DNA from: an uncultured bacterium
GTDB lineage: Bacteria; Bacillota_I; Bacilli_A; RFN20; CAG-826
DNA: 64,000 nucleotides
Direction: 5' to 3'
Assembly (NCBI GenBank): GCA_949299395.1
Contig: CASGAB010000001.1
Coordinates: forward strand, 8,365-72,364
Shown: positions 39,861 to 51,700 of the stretch, one piece after another
Numbering within the stretch: position 1 is the first letter of the stretch
Layout: each line of letters starts with the position of its first letter
Made by a program: the position numbers and the translations under genes
Notes under the pieces: generated by a model
Told to the model about the DNA's origin: nothing
Seen by the model: only the letters and a program-made list of their open reading frames with translations
The model's database searches: none

Positions 39861-42800
39861 TGTTTAAAGCCTCTTCATGAATAATTTTTAATACTTCGAC
39901 AAGTAATTTTGGATAATCATCCTTTTTAGAAATAATAATTTCTAAGCATTTATTCTGATAAGTTAATTTTAATTTATTTACATAATTTATCAATTTCATA
40001 AATATTGTTGTTCCAATCGCATTTATTGAAGAAAATTCTCTAGAAAGTACGATATTTAAGGAAATTTGAGTATTTTTTAACTCTTTAAATTCACTAAAAG
40101 ATAGGTAAATATCAATTTCTCTTTGCCTTAAAATATTTAAGAAAGATTCAGGAATTTCTCCTCCATACATATCTTTAATATGGTTAGCTAAATTAGCAAG
40201 TTTATCAAAATCATCAGCTTCACTAATTTTTTGATAGAGTTCAATTTTTTCACTATCACTAGCAAAATATGATGGAATATATGCGTTATTGATAACAGTT
40301 GGATTACTTTTCTCTTCATTTTCTTTAATAATTTGCCCATCTTTTTTCTCTTTTAATGCTTCGTTTAAAAGCTTTAAGTATAAATCAATACCAACATCAT
40401 CAATAAATCCAGCTTGTTCTCTTCCTAAAATTTCACCAGCACCTCTAATTAATAAATCTCTTTGAGCAATTTTATAGCCACTTCCAAGTTCAGTGAAATC
40501 TTGTAAAGCCTTTAATCTTTTTTTAGCTTCATCATTTAATTGTTTATTTTTGTCAACTAAAAGATAGCAATAAGCCATTCTATCTCCTCGACCAACTCTA
40601 CCTTTAATTTGATAAAGTTGAGATAATCCAAATCTGTCGGCTTGATCAACAATAATTAAGTTAGCGTTTCTAACATCAATTCCGTTTTCAATAATTGATG
40701 TTGCTAAAAGTAGATCAATATCGTCTAAATAGAAATCAGCCATGACATCATTAACGGCTTTTTTATCCATTTTTCCATGAACAATTCCTATTCTTAAATC
40801 AGGAATCATGTCTTGTAATTTAGTACCTAACTCATAAATATCGGAAATATTATTATGAACAAAATAAATTTGTCCGCCTCTTGCTAATTCTCTTGTAATA
40901 ATTTCTTTTAAAACTTTTTCATCTTTTTGAATAACATAAAGTTGGATAGGAAGTCTTTCTTTTGGCGGAGTTTGGATAGTTGAAACACTCTTTAAACCAA
41001 CAAGTGAAGATTGCAAAGTTCTAGGAATTGGAGTTGCTGAAAGAGTTAAAACATCGATGTTTTCCTTATTTAATTTAATTCTTTCTTTTTGTTCAACACC
41101 AAATCGTTGCTCTTCATCAATAATTAAAAGTCCTAAATCATTAAATTTTATTTTGTTAGATAAAGCCTTGTGAGTACCAATTAAAAAATTAACTTTCCCG
41201 CTTTCAACACCATCTAAAATTAGTCTTGTTTCCTTAGGTGTTTGATTTCTTGTTAAAAGTTTGATGTTTATATCAAATTTTCTAAACCTATTAAGGGCAA
41301 CTTCAAAGTGTTGTTTTGCTAAAAGTGTTGTAGGAGCAATTAAAACTACTTGTTTACCACTTAACATTGCTTTAAAAGCAGCACAAAAAGCAACTTCTGT
41401 TTTACCAAAACCAACATCACCACATAATAAGCGGTCCATTGGTTCTTCTTTTTCCATATCTTCTTTGATTTCTTTTAAGGATCTTTTTTGATCTTCGGTT
41501 AACTCGTGTTTGAATTGTGCTTCAAACTCTTGTTGAAGTTCATCATCTTCTTCAAATTTAATCCCTTTAATAAGCGCTCTATTTTTATATAAGAATAATA
41601 ATTTATCTGCTAAATCATTAACCTTATCTTTAATTCTTTTCTTGGTTTTTTTCCACGTGTCACTGTGTAAAGACGATAATTTAGGTATTCTTCCTTCTTG
41701 ACCAGCATATTTTCTAATTAAATTAAATGAATATAAAGGAACAAAAAGTTCATCGCTTCCAGCAAATTTAATCTCTAAATAATCTTCTTTTTTGCCTTGA
41801 AGTTCCATTTCACTAATTCCAACATATTGCCCAATACCATAACTTTCGTGAACAACATAATCACCTTTTTCCAATTCTAAATAAGAACCTAAAACAACAC
41901 CTTCTTTAAATTTAGAAGTATAAGTTAAACTTGCATGTCTTTTATTAAATAATAATTTTGGTGTAACAATAGCAAAACTATCTTCTTTATCTTCGATTGC
42001 AATATTAAAATCTGAAATCAAAACATTAATTTTTTCAGTATATTTGTCTGTAATTTTGCCTAAAATACTAAAATTAACATGTAAAAATTTTAAATAGTCT
42101 ACAAGTGTTGAAAACTCTTCTTTATTTTTTACAATAAACAAAACTTTTTCATATTCGGCTAAATATAAATCAACTATTTTTTGGAACTCAATTCCTTTTT
42201 TTGCTTCAAAAAGTGGTGTAGATAAAGGTATATTTTTAGCATCTAAATGATTTAAATCAAATCCAGAAATATATAAAAGTTCTTCTGCTTTATCACTAGT
42301 TAAGCCTATCTTATCGTTAAAATATTCAAGATGAGTTAAACTTCTTCCACCGTCAAAAAGATCCATCATTAATTCGTGTGATTCATAATATAATTGTTTT
42401 TTTGATTCTAAGATGTCCTTTTCTTCTAAAATAATCTCAATAAAATCGGATAAATAAGTCAAAATTGAATCATGATTATTTTTTAAGAAACCATAATATT
42501 TATATAAACTAGGGGAAAAATTATTAGTTTTTAAATTTTCTATATCTTCATTTACTTGTGCTTCAAAAATGTCTTTTAAATCATTTCTAACTCTTTTTAA
42601 ATCTTCTTCTTTTCTAAAATTCATTTTTTCTTCAATATGAGAAAATTCTAAATCATTAAAAATGAGTGTTGTTGCAGGCAAAATATCGATTTTATCTATA
42701 TTTTTTATTGAGCCTTGTGTAGCAATATCAAAGAAACGAATTGACTCAATTGTATCATCAAAAAATTCGATTCTTATCGGATTATCATAATTCATTGAAA

Positions 42801-43332
42801 AAATATCAATAACATCACCACGAGATGCAAATTGTAAAGATTGATCTATTTTTGGAACTTTATAGTAACCAAGTTTTATTAACTTATTTATTAATTCATT
42901 TAAATCATATGTTTGATTGATTCTTAAACTAATAGTTGAATCGATAAATTCCTCTTTTTTAGGATAAAATCTATAAAAAGATGAAGGTGTAAAAATAAAA
43001 ACTTTATGTTTTGAATTAATCATTTCATAAAGAGCATAAATTTTATTAGCTAATATATCCTTACTTTCAGAAATATATTCAACTCTTATCATTTCATTAT
43101 CTAAAAATAAAACGATGTCATCTTTGTTTATTAAATTAGCTAAAGATGCATAAAGTTTATTAGCTTTATAGGTTGAAGAAACTAATAAAACAATGTTTTT
43201 TGAGTAATTTTCGATATATTTTTTGTATGTTAAAAACGTTCCACCAATTATTTCATCAACAGCAAAAAAAGCCTCTTTCTTATCTAAGAGGGGGGTGAAA
43301 TAATTTAATAAATCATTTAAATAGTTAATCAA
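39847..43332 (-). CDS. mfd: Transcription-repair coupling factor
   Basis: GDYVVH..YGIG, MDRLLCGDVGFGKTEVA, IIDEEQRFGV, LSATPIPRTL, QIKGRVGR. TTG start. Confidence 0.97.
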   Translation of the reverse strand: MINYLNDLLNYFTPLLDKKEAFFAVDEIIGGTFLTYKKYIENYSKNIVLLVSSTYKANKLYASLANLINKDDIVLFLDNEMIRVEYISESKDILANKIYALYEMINSKHKVFIFTPSSFYRFYPKKEEFIDSTISLRINQTYDLNELINKLIKLGYYKVPKIDQSLQFASRGDVIDIFSMNYDNPIRIEFFDDTIESIRFFDIATQGSIKNIDKIDILPATTLIFNDLEFSHIEEKMNFRKEEDLKRVRNDLKDIFEAQVNEDIENLKTNNFSPSLYKYYGFLKNNHDSILTYLSDFIEIILEEKDILESKKQLYYESHELMMDLFDGGRSLTHLEYFNDKIGLTSDKAEELLYISGFDLNHLDAKNIPLSTPLFEAKKGIEFQKIVDLYLAEYEKVLFIVKNKEEFSTLVDYLKFLHVNFSILGKITDKYTEKINVLISDFNIAIEDKEDSFAIVTPKLLFNKRHASLTYTSKFKEGVVLGSYLELEKGDYVVHESYGIGQYVGISEMELQGKKEDYLEIKFAGSDELFVPLYSFNLIRKYAGQEGRIPKLSSLHSDTWKKTKKRIKDKVNDLADKLLFLYKNRALIKGIKFEEDDELQQEFEAQFKHELTEDQKRSLKEIKEDMEKEEPMDRLLCGDVGFGKTEVAFCAAFKAMLSGKQVVLIAPTTLLAKQHFEVALNRFRKFDINIKLLTRNQTPKETRLILDGVESGKVNFLIGTHKALSNKIKFNDLGLLIIDEEQRFGVEQKERIKLNKENIDVLTLSATPIPRTLQSSLVGLKSVSTIQTPPKERLPIQLYVIQKDEKVLKEIITRELARGGQIYFVHNNISDIYELGTKLQDMIPDLRIGIVHGKMDKKAVNDVMADFYLDDIDLLLATSIIENGIDVRNANLIIVDQADRFGLSQLYQIKGRVGRGDRMAYCYLLVDKNKQLNDEAKKRLKALQDFTELGSGYKIAQRDLLIRGAGEILGREQAGFIDDVGIDLYLKLLNEALKEKKDGQIIKENEEKSNPTVINNAYIPSYFASDSEKIELYQKISEADDFDKLANLANHIKDMYGGEIPESFLNILRQREIDIYLSFSEFKELKNTQISLNIVLSREFSSINAIGTTIFMKLINYVNKLKLTYQNKCLEIIISKKDDYPKLLVEVLKIIHEEALNNEIR

Positions 43333-43350
43333 TAAAGGAAAATCTCCTTT

Positions 43351-43905
43351 CTATTTATTATAAAGACTCATTGCTTTATTAAAGCTTTCTTTAATAGCTA
43401 TTTTTAAAGCACTGACTGCGTTATTTTGAGCTTCTTCAAGAAGTTCTTTTTCTTCTTTTGAAGGTTTTCCTAAAACAAAATCAATATTGTTATAGGTTGG
43501 AGCGCCAATTCCTACACGGATTCTTTTAAAATTTTGACTTCCAAGATGAGCAATAATAGATTTTATCCCATTATGTCCACCGCTACTTCCATCTAATTTA
43601 ATCTTTAAATGACCGATTTGAATATCCATATCATCATAAATTACGATTAAATCATCGATGGAAATATCAAAGTAATCCATTATTTCTTTAATAGCTATTC
43701 CACTATTGTTCATATAGGTTTGAGGTTTTAAAAGAATAACATCTTCATTCATATATTTAGTTTTTAAATATAAAGAATGAAAACCTGAACGAGAAATATC
43801 TTCGCCTAATGAATCAGCGAATTTATCTACTACATCAAAGCCCATGTTATGACGAGTATGTTCATATTCTTTTCCAAAATTTCCTAAACCAGCAATAAGT
43901 TTCAT
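43351..43905 (-). CDS. pth: Peptidyl-tRNA hydrolase
   Basis: GLGN, TRHNMGF, KPQTYMNNSG, GGHNGIKS. Confidence 0.97.
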   Translation of the reverse strand: MKLIAGLGNFGKEYEHTRHNMGFDVVDKFADSLGEDISRSGFHSLYLKTKYMNEDVILLKPQTYMNNSGIAIKEIMDYFDISIDDLIVIYDDMDIQIGHLKIKLDGSSGGHNGIKSIIAHLGSQNFKRIRVGIGAPTYNNIDFVLGKPSKEEKELLEEAQNNAVSALKIAIKESFNKAMSLYNK

Positions 43906-44003
43906 AACGTCTAATATATTACATAATTTTCTTTAAAAAATTAAGAATTTAACACTTTTTTTAACATTATTTTTTATGTCGAATAAAAAGAGATAATATT
44001 TTA

Positions 44004-44033
44004 ATTGACTAATCGGTCAATGAATATTAATAT
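44004..44033 (+). promoter_or_regulatory. TetR operator palindrome overlapping the -35 of the promoter
   Basis: ATTGAC-TAATCG-GTCAAT (44004-44021); TTGACT-N17-TAATAT. Confidence 0.7.
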
Positions 44034-44054
44034 TTTTAAACGGAGGAAAAGAAT

Positions 44055-44648
44055 ATGCCAAGAACCGCTGAAGCAAATCAATTTTTAAAAGAAAAAAGAA
44101 AAAAACAAATTCTTCTTTCCGCTTTAAAATTATTTTGCCTTGAAGGTTATGAAAATATCACGATGGATCGAATTGCCAAAGAATCTAAAATTTCTCATGG
44201 CTTAATCTATCATTACTTTGATAAAAAGAGTGATATCTTACAGGAACTTATTGCTGAAAGTAAAAGAAAATTCTCTCTTATTTTTGATTTAAGCAATATG
44301 AAAACCTTAAAAGGTGCAGACTTTTTTAAAGCATTAACAGATTTTATTATTTCCGCTGTAACTTTAGGTGAAGAATATGCCTTTTTTATCGCATTATATT
44401 TAAACTTTAAGATTTCTCCAGATATGTATGAACAATTTGGTCAAACTTCTTATCTTAAAAATCTTGAAAATAATTTTAAGATTGCTCAAGAAGACGGAAC
44501 ATATCAAAAAGGAAATCCAAAAGAATTCTTACTTTGTTATTTTTACTTATTAAAATCAATAACCATGTCTGCAATTATTTCTAAAAACACATCAACCATT
44601 CCAAGTGCTGATGTTGTCTTAAATTTATTTAAAAGGAGCGTTATCTAA
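44055..44648 (+). CDS. TetR/AcrR family regulator
   Basis: ILLSALKLF...GYENITMDRIAKESKISHGLIYHYF. Confidence 0.92.
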   Translation: MPRTAEANQFLKEKRKKQILLSALKLFCLEGYENITMDRIAKESKISHGLIYHYFDKKSDILQELIAESKRKFSLIFDLSNMKTLKGADFFKALTDFIISAVTLGEEYAFFIALYLNFKISPDMYEQFGQTSYLKNLENNFKIAQEDGTYQKGNPKEFLLCYFYLLKSITMSAIISKNTSTIPSADVVLNLFKRSVI

Positions 44649-46819
44649 TGATCAAACTATTCAAAATTGCTGGAAAACGCCGGTATTTTATCCTTTTAGC
44701 TGTTGTAACTATTATTTTTCAATGTTGGTTTCAACTTAATCTCCCTGAATATATGGGAAATATTCAAACCATCCTTACTTGTAAAGAATTTGCACCAGCT
44801 TCACCAATTGAATTAATAAATCCTTTAAGTAAAGAAGTTATTACTATCTCAACTATGTTAACTCAGGATGAATTAACTTCTCTTATCTTAAATCAAGGTG
44901 GTTGGATGATACTTTGTTGCGTTATTATCCTTTCTTTAGCTGTTTGCCAATTCTTTGGTGCATCAAGTGTTGGTGCTTTTGTTGGTAAAGAATTAAGAAA
45001 AGAAATGTATGCAAAAGTTAATACATTATCTTTATCTGATTACAATAAATTTGGAACAGCTACTCTTATTACAAGAACTACCAACGATATCGAACAATTA
45101 AAAAACTATGTCATTATGTTTATCAGAATGATAGTTATGTCCCCAACTTATATGATTATTGGTTTAATTAAAACCTTAACATTGGAAAATCCAGGACCTC
45201 AACTTGCATCTGTTTCAGCAGTTACTATTCCTTTAATTTTAGGCATAATGATCATTATTTTCGTTTATGCAATGCCATTATTTAAACAAATGCAAACAAG
45301 AATTGATAACGTTACTGTTGTCTTAAGAGAAAACTTAACTGGCATTAGAGTTATTAGAGCTTACAATCAACAAAATACTGAGGCTCAAAAATTTGACACC
45401 GTTAATACAGATTTAAAGAAAACTTTAGTTAAAGCAGGAAGAATTATGTCTGTTGCTAATCCAACAATTCAAATTGTCTTTAACTTTGCATTTATTGCAA
45501 TTTATGCTGTTGGTTTCTTCCTTTTAACGGAACTTTCAGCTCAAAGTTTTAATGACTTAGTCTTATTAGCAAGTCAACAAGTTTCAATTATTGCTGTTGT
45601 TGCTCAATATTCAATGCAAATAATGAACTCTTTCTTAATGTTTGCAATGATTATTGCAATGATTCCTCAAGCAGCTGCTTCTTATAAGCGTGTTCTTGAA
45701 GTTTTAAATGTTGAAACATCAATTAACGACAAAGAAGCAAGAGAATATGCAGTTCAACAATATGAAGCTCATTTAAGTAGACTTGAATATAGATTTAAAG
45801 AAAATTATAAAACTACACATGATGGTCATGAATTCTCTTACTCATTATTAAAAGAAAGATATTCAAAAATGAATGAAGAAGAAAAAAATAACGACCCTCA
45901 ATATAAAGATTTCTTAGACTATGTTGCTATTAGAAAAGATAGAGAACATATCTTAAATTCGTTAACTGATGAATCGACTGAAGAATATATAAATATTATT
46001 AATAAAAGTATGCATCATTTAGATCAACATGGTGTTATTGAATTTAGAAACGTAACATTCACCTATCCAGACGCAAATACTCCAACAGTCATGAATATTT
46101 CATTTAAAACTAAACCCGGAACAACCACTGCAATTATTGGTTCAACAGGTAGTGGGAAATCCACATTAATCAACTTAATTCCTCGATTCTATGATGCAAC
46201 AAACGGCGAAGTTTTATTTGATGGAATAGATGTTAAAAAGTTCCCACAAAAGGTATTAAGAGATCATATTGGTTTTGTTCCTCAAAGTGCTGTTTTATTT
46301 ACCGGTTCTATTAAAGATAACATTCGTTATGGTAAAGAGGACGCTACTGAAGAAGAAATTAATGAAGCGTTAAGTGTTGCTCAAGCAGCAAACTTTGTTT
46401 CAAAACTTCCGGATAAACTCGATACTTTTGTTTCTCAAGGTGGTAAAAATTTCTCTGGCGGACAAAAACAAAGATTATCAATTGCTAGATGTTTAGTTAG
46501 AAAACCTGAAATTTATGTTTTCGACGATTCATTCTCAGCATTAGACTTTAAAACAGATGCCCAACTTAGAGCTGCATTAAAAAATTACACAAAAGATGCT
46601 TCAGTAATTGTTGTTGCTCAAAGAGTCTCTTCGATTATTGATGCTGATAATATTATCGTTTTAAATGAAGGCAAATGTGTTGGACAAGGAACACATGCTG
46701 AATTATTAAAAAACTGCCCAATTTATCAAGATATTGTTAAATCTCAACTTGATCCTGAAGAAGTTGAAAAAACTATTCGTCTTGTTCAAGAAGCTAGTTT
46801 GGAAGGAGGTATCAACTAA
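44648..46819 (+). CDS. Heterodimeric ABC exporter subunit A (TM287/EfrA-like, degenerate site)
   Basis: TMD plus NBD with GSTGSGKS, FSGGQKQR, FDDSFSALD, VAQR. Confidence 0.9.
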   Translation: MIKLFKIAGKRRYFILLAVVTIIFQCWFQLNLPEYMGNIQTILTCKEFAPASPIELINPLSKEVITISTMLTQDELTSLILNQGGWMILCCVIILSLAVCQFFGASSVGAFVGKELRKEMYAKVNTLSLSDYNKFGTATLITRTTNDIEQLKNYVIMFIRMIVMSPTYMIIGLIKTLTLENPGPQLASVSAVTIPLILGIMIIIFVYAMPLFKQMQTRIDNVTVVLRENLTGIRVIRAYNQQNTEAQKFDTVNTDLKKTLVKAGRIMSVANPTIQIVFNFAFIAIYAVGFFLLTELSAQSFNDLVLLASQQVSIIAVVAQYSMQIMNSFLMFAMIIAMIPQAAASYKRVLEVLNVETSINDKEAREYAVQQYEAHLSRLEYRFKENYKTTHDGHEFSYSLLKERYSKMNEEEKNNDPQYKDFLDYVAIRKDREHILNSLTDESTEEYINIINKSMHHLDQHGVIEFRNVTFTYPDANTPTVMNISFKTKPGTTTAIIGSTGSGKSTLINLIPRFYDATNGEVLFDGIDVKKFPQKVLRDHIGFVPQSAVLFTGSIKDNIRYGKEDATEEEINEALSVAQAANFVSKLPDKLDTFVSQGGKNFSGGQKQRLSIARCLVRKPEIYVFDDSFSALDFKTDAQLRAALKNYTKDASVIVVAQRVSSIIDADNIIVLNEGKCVGQGTHAELLKNCPIYQDIVKSQLDPEEVEKTIRLVQEASLEGGIN

Positions 46820-48642
46820 TGCCTAGAAAAGTTGAAGCTGGAAAGCCAAAAGAGTTTAGAAAGACTTTCAAAAGAATGCTAGGTGATTTTAAAAATCAAC
46901 GGCGTGCTATTGTTTTTATTATCATTCTTGCAATTGGTAGTGCAATTTTAAGTGTTGTTACTCCTAGTTTATTAAGAAATATTCTTGATAATCCATTTGA
47001 TTTATTTATTATTGATCCAATTAGTTCAACAATTTTGATGAATTGGTCTCAATTCGCAACAAAATTCGGAACTTTACTTGGATTATATGCGGCGGCTGCA
47101 CTCCTTGCTTGGTTAAGTGAATTCGCTGCAGTTAGTGTTAGTGCTCGCTATTCATATGACATGAGAGTAAAAATTCAAGATAAACTCGATCGTTTACCAC
47201 TTTCATATTTTGATAGAGTTCCTTATGGTGATACTTTATCAATTGGAACAAACGATGTTGATAATATCTCTAGAAACTTACAATCAATCATTACTCAAAT
47301 CTTCTCAGGAATTACATTATTCTTTGGTTCATTAGCCGCAATGTTAATTATTGATTGGCGAATTGCTCCTGTAGCATTTGCTTCACTTCCACTTTCATTC
47401 GTATTTATCATACTTATTTCAACTTTCTCAGGAAAATTATTCTCTTCCTATAGAAAGAATTTAGGTACATTAAATGGTCAAATTGAAGAAACTTATTCTG
47501 GTTATAAAATCATTAAATTATTTAACAAAGAAAAAGATGTTGAAGCAGAATTTGATAAAACTAACTTAAAAATGGAATCTAGTGATAGATTCTCTCAATT
47601 CTTATCAGGTTTAATCTTCCCAACAACATTCTTCGTCAATAACCTTGCTTATGTTGGTATTGCAGTTGTTGCTGGTATTGTTTCAACAGCTGGAACAATG
47701 ATTTCATTCTTCATTTACTTAAATTTATTCACTAGACCTCTTCAACAAATTGGTCAAATTGCAAATATTATCCAATCAGTCGTTGCTTCTGGTGAAAGAA
47801 TTTATGATTTATTAGAAGAACCTGAACAAGATCCAGATAAAGAAGGTGCAATTGATAATGAAGATTGCATCGAAGGTAACTTTGATTTCGAAAACGTAGA
47901 TTTCAGCTATACACCTGATAAACCATTAATCGAAGGCATGAATTTACATGTTAATAAAGGCGATATGGTTGCAATTGTCGGTCCTACTGGAGCTGGAAAA
48001 ACTACTTTAGTTAACTTAATTATGAGATTCTATGAAATCAATAGTGGAAAAATCTCATTAGATAATATTTCAACTCTCGACTATACAAGAAATTGTTTAA
48101 GAGGATCGGTTGGAATGGTTTTACAAGAAACTTGGTTATTTAAAGGAACAATTAGAGAAAATCTTCTTTATGGAAACCAAGATGCCACCGATGAAGAAAT
48201 TATTCAAGCATGTAAAGATGCTCATATTCATCACTTTATTGAAACATTACCTGGTGGATATAACTTCATGTTAAATGAAGATGGAAATAATATTTCTCAA
48301 GGTCAAAGACAATTATTAACTATCGCTAGAGCTATTATTTCAAAACCAAAAATTATGATTTTAGATGAAGCTACTTCTTCAGTTGATACCCGTACTGAAC
48401 AATTAATTCAAGATGCTTTAGACAAAATTATGCAAGGAAGAACATCTTTTGTTATTGCTCACCGTTTATCAACAATTAAAAATGCAAAAACAATTATTGT
48501 AATGAAAAAAGGTCACATCGTTGAAACCGGAAATCATCAAGAATTACTTGCAAAAGGCGGCTTCTATGCTGACTTATATAACGCTCAATTCGCTGGAGTT
48601 AACCCAATGGCTAAAGCCGATGAAGGTGTTTTAGAAAGTTAA
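46819..48642 (+). CDS. Heterodimeric ABC exporter subunit B (TM288/EfrB-like)
   Basis: GPTGAGKTT, ISQGQRQL, LDEATSSVD, IAHRLST. Confidence 0.92.
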   Translation: MPRKVEAGKPKEFRKTFKRMLGDFKNQRRAIVFIIILAIGSAILSVVTPSLLRNILDNPFDLFIIDPISSTILMNWSQFATKFGTLLGLYAAAALLAWLSEFAAVSVSARYSYDMRVKIQDKLDRLPLSYFDRVPYGDTLSIGTNDVDNISRNLQSIITQIFSGITLFFGSLAAMLIIDWRIAPVAFASLPLSFVFIILISTFSGKLFSSYRKNLGTLNGQIEETYSGYKIIKLFNKEKDVEAEFDKTNLKMESSDRFSQFLSGLIFPTTFFVNNLAYVGIAVVAGIVSTAGTMISFFIYLNLFTRPLQQIGQIANIIQSVVASGERIYDLLEEPEQDPDKEGAIDNEDCIEGNFDFENVDFSYTPDKPLIEGMNLHVNKGDMVAIVGPTGAGKTTLVNLIMRFYEINSGKISLDNISTLDYTRNCLRGSVGMVLQETWLFKGTIRENLLYGNQDATDEEIIQACKDAHIHHFIETLPGGYNFMLNEDGNNISQGQRQLLTIARAIISKPKIMILDEATSSVDTRTEQLIQDALDKIMQGRTSFVIAHRLSTIKNAKTIIVMKKGHIVETGNHQELLAKGGFYADLYNAQFAGVNPMAKADEGVLES

Positions 48643-48652
48643 AAACTAAATT

Positions 48653-48682
48653 AACCGCGTTAAAATATGACGCGGTTTTTTA
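48653..48682 (+). terminator. Terminator after the ABC exporter operon
   Basis: AACCGCGT-N9-ACGCGGTT followed by a T-tract. Confidence 0.8.
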
Positions 48683-48762
48683 TTTTAAGAATAATTAATT
48701 ATTCTTGTCTCTTTTTTCATCAAGTCTCATTCATTATAATTATTTTTAGTTATAGATTTTTT

Positions 48763-51700
48763 ATGGAAAACGAAGTTATTAATAACTCTCAAAAAGATAG
48801 TAACAAATATAAAAAAATAAAAAACATCTTCAAATATTTATCTTTGGGTGTTTTTATTATTGCTTCAATTGTTATTTTAATTGAATCAGCAATCCCTGGC
48901 GATATTAGTGCAGATCAATCTAACGATATTACCGATATTGTCGATGATAATATTAACAACAATTACGATAAAGATAACATTATCGATATTAAAGATATCG
49001 GCGTTACCTTTAATAATTCCGCCGTTAGTGTTGATAAAGAAAATAATGTTAATGTTAATGATGTTTTATCTTATGAAATCGGTTTTATTCCTGAAGATAC
49101 ATCTTTTAAAAATATAAAAATTGAAGCTTCTAATACTGAAATCGTTAAAATTGATGAAGTTTCAAAAACTATAACTTTCAATAAAGAAGGAAAAACCAAT
49201 ATTTCCTTTATTTCTACAGAAAATCAATATGACAAAGAAGAAACAGATAAAGATATTAAAAAGGTTTTTACTTTTGTTGTTAATGAAATAAAACTCCTAT
49301 CTTTTGATGTTTCTTTATCAAAAAATAATATTGATAAAGAAGACACTTTATATTTAACAAATAATGAAAAAATAAAATTAGATGTTTCCTATAATCCAGT
49401 TGATGCTACTTATAAAGAATTAACTTACTCTGATTACGATGAAAAATTAATTAGTGTTGATCCAATAAATAATGAAGTTAAAGTTAATGATTTAAGTAAA
49501 ACTTTAGGTGATTCTTATAAAGAAAATGAAGTTTACAAGACAAAACTTACTATTAAGAGTCAAAAATATCCTTCATTAAGTGAAACAATTAACATCAGCA
49601 TTTCTTCTTTATATCAAAATGAAATTAGAAATTTATCATTGGATAACTCACTTTCAAATCTCGAATTTTATCCATCAAATTCTAACAATTTATTAAAGAT
49701 CAATTATTCTTCATATTCTTCTTTTACTTCTTTTGATATCAATAAAGTAAAAATTAATATTAAAAACGATGAAGAAAATATTATTTCTTCTTATTTAGTT
49801 AAAGAAAACAACTTAAAAGAAAATTATTTTGTTATTGAATTTAAAATTAATGAAAATAAACTCAAAAATAATTCAAGCGTTTTAGTTGATATTTCATATT
49901 CAAACGGTTCCTTTAACCCTCGCCTTGAAAATATTAATGTTTCATTAAATCCACTTGTTAAACTATCTTCATCATTAATTAATACTGGTAGCACTCATCA
50001 AAATAGAAGAATGGATGTTTATAAGCTTAATAATTATGATGTTTTTTATAATGATTTAAATATTGATATTGCTTATAACGATTCAATTTCAAATAAACTT
50101 TATAAATATGATATTTCTAATGTTTCATATAACTTAGAAGATCCAAATTTATTTAAAGTTAAAAGTTTTAATTACGATAAATTAACTCTTTCAATCAACA
50201 AAGCCTATTTAAGTGATAATTTAAAAGATAATTATTATGTCGATGTTATTTATAATGAAAACAACGATATTTATCGCTTTAATATTGATTTTAATTATGT
50301 AAACGAATCTTTAAATAACCTTGATAATATCTATAAAGATTTAAAATTTAATTATTTAGAAAGAAACACTGCAAGTAAAAATATCTTAGTTGATGATTAT
50401 ACTTACGATAACATCTTAACTTTTAATAATGATTTATCTTCTTATTCAACAAAAGATATCGATAAATTCTTTAATTCTTATTTATTTAACAATGTTAATT
50501 ACACTGTTGTTAATAATGAAGAATTAACTAAAAACGGGGTCAGTATTTTATATAAAAATAATAAGATTAATGGTTTAAAAATTAATGACGTTTTTAATAA
50601 TGGAATCAATCTTTATCAAAATAAAAAAATCAATTTAACTTTGAGAAATAACTATTTTGATTATTTAAATATCTCAACATTTGATATAAAACTAGAAATT
50701 GATATTAAGCCTTTCTATAACCTTAATTATCGAGTTAATTTAGACAATGAAAATATTTATGATTCTTTAACTGGATTATCAAATTTATCGATAAATATCG
50801 AAAAAGCTCAATCTAAAAAGTTAGATTTTGTTATTTATTCTTCTTATTTAGTTAATAATAAATATGAAGTTTATAAAGAATATAATGATTCTTCTTTATA
50901 TAAGGTTGAAACTCCAGCTAACTTTGCTTCATATTTATATTTTGATATTAATAAAAACTTATTAAACGGCTTAAATGAAGGTGATACTTTTCTTATTTTC
51001 AAATCGAATATTGATAATAAAAGCATAAAAATAAATATTAATGTTAGTTATGTTCCTTTAATTTTATCTTTTGATAATTTAAAGATTTCTTTAATTAATG
51101 ATGCTGCAAATGATATTTATAACGTCGATAACACTAATATTAATAATGAAAATGTTTATAAAGTTGCATTAAATAATGATTTTAGAGTTGATATTGATTT
51201 AGTTAATAAAAATGAAGCATCTTCTTCTTTAATTGATTATCGAATTGCTGATGAAAGTATTGTTTCTTATATTTCGCTTTCAGCTAATGAATTTAAAGCA
51301 GTTAAACTTGGTAAAACCTCATTAACTATTTCTTCAAAAATTGATCCTTCAATTAATATTGTTAAAGAAATTGAAGTTGTTGATTCTACTTCTCCATTTA
51401 CTTTAAATATTGATGAACTTAAACCTTTAGCATCATCATTCAATAAAAAAGAAAGTCGTTATGATTTAACTTTAGATTATGCAAAATCTTATAAATTTAA
51501 CTTTGTTCATGAATATAAAAATGTAACTTCAACTATTTATAATTATGAATATTATGAATATAAAAATTCAGAAAATAAACTAGATGAAAATACGATAAAA
51601 TCCGACCTTTTAAGTATTGATTCATCTAATAATATGACTTTTAAAGATGTAGGAAAAGTAACTTTAAAAATCACAAACGGCGATAAAGAAAATTCAATTT

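Noticed and set aside
48667-48762. ORF-track start of the VanZ gene, including a CGG codon
   Set aside because: That ATG lies inside the terminator hairpin and 48763 is more plausible, so this CGG was not counted.
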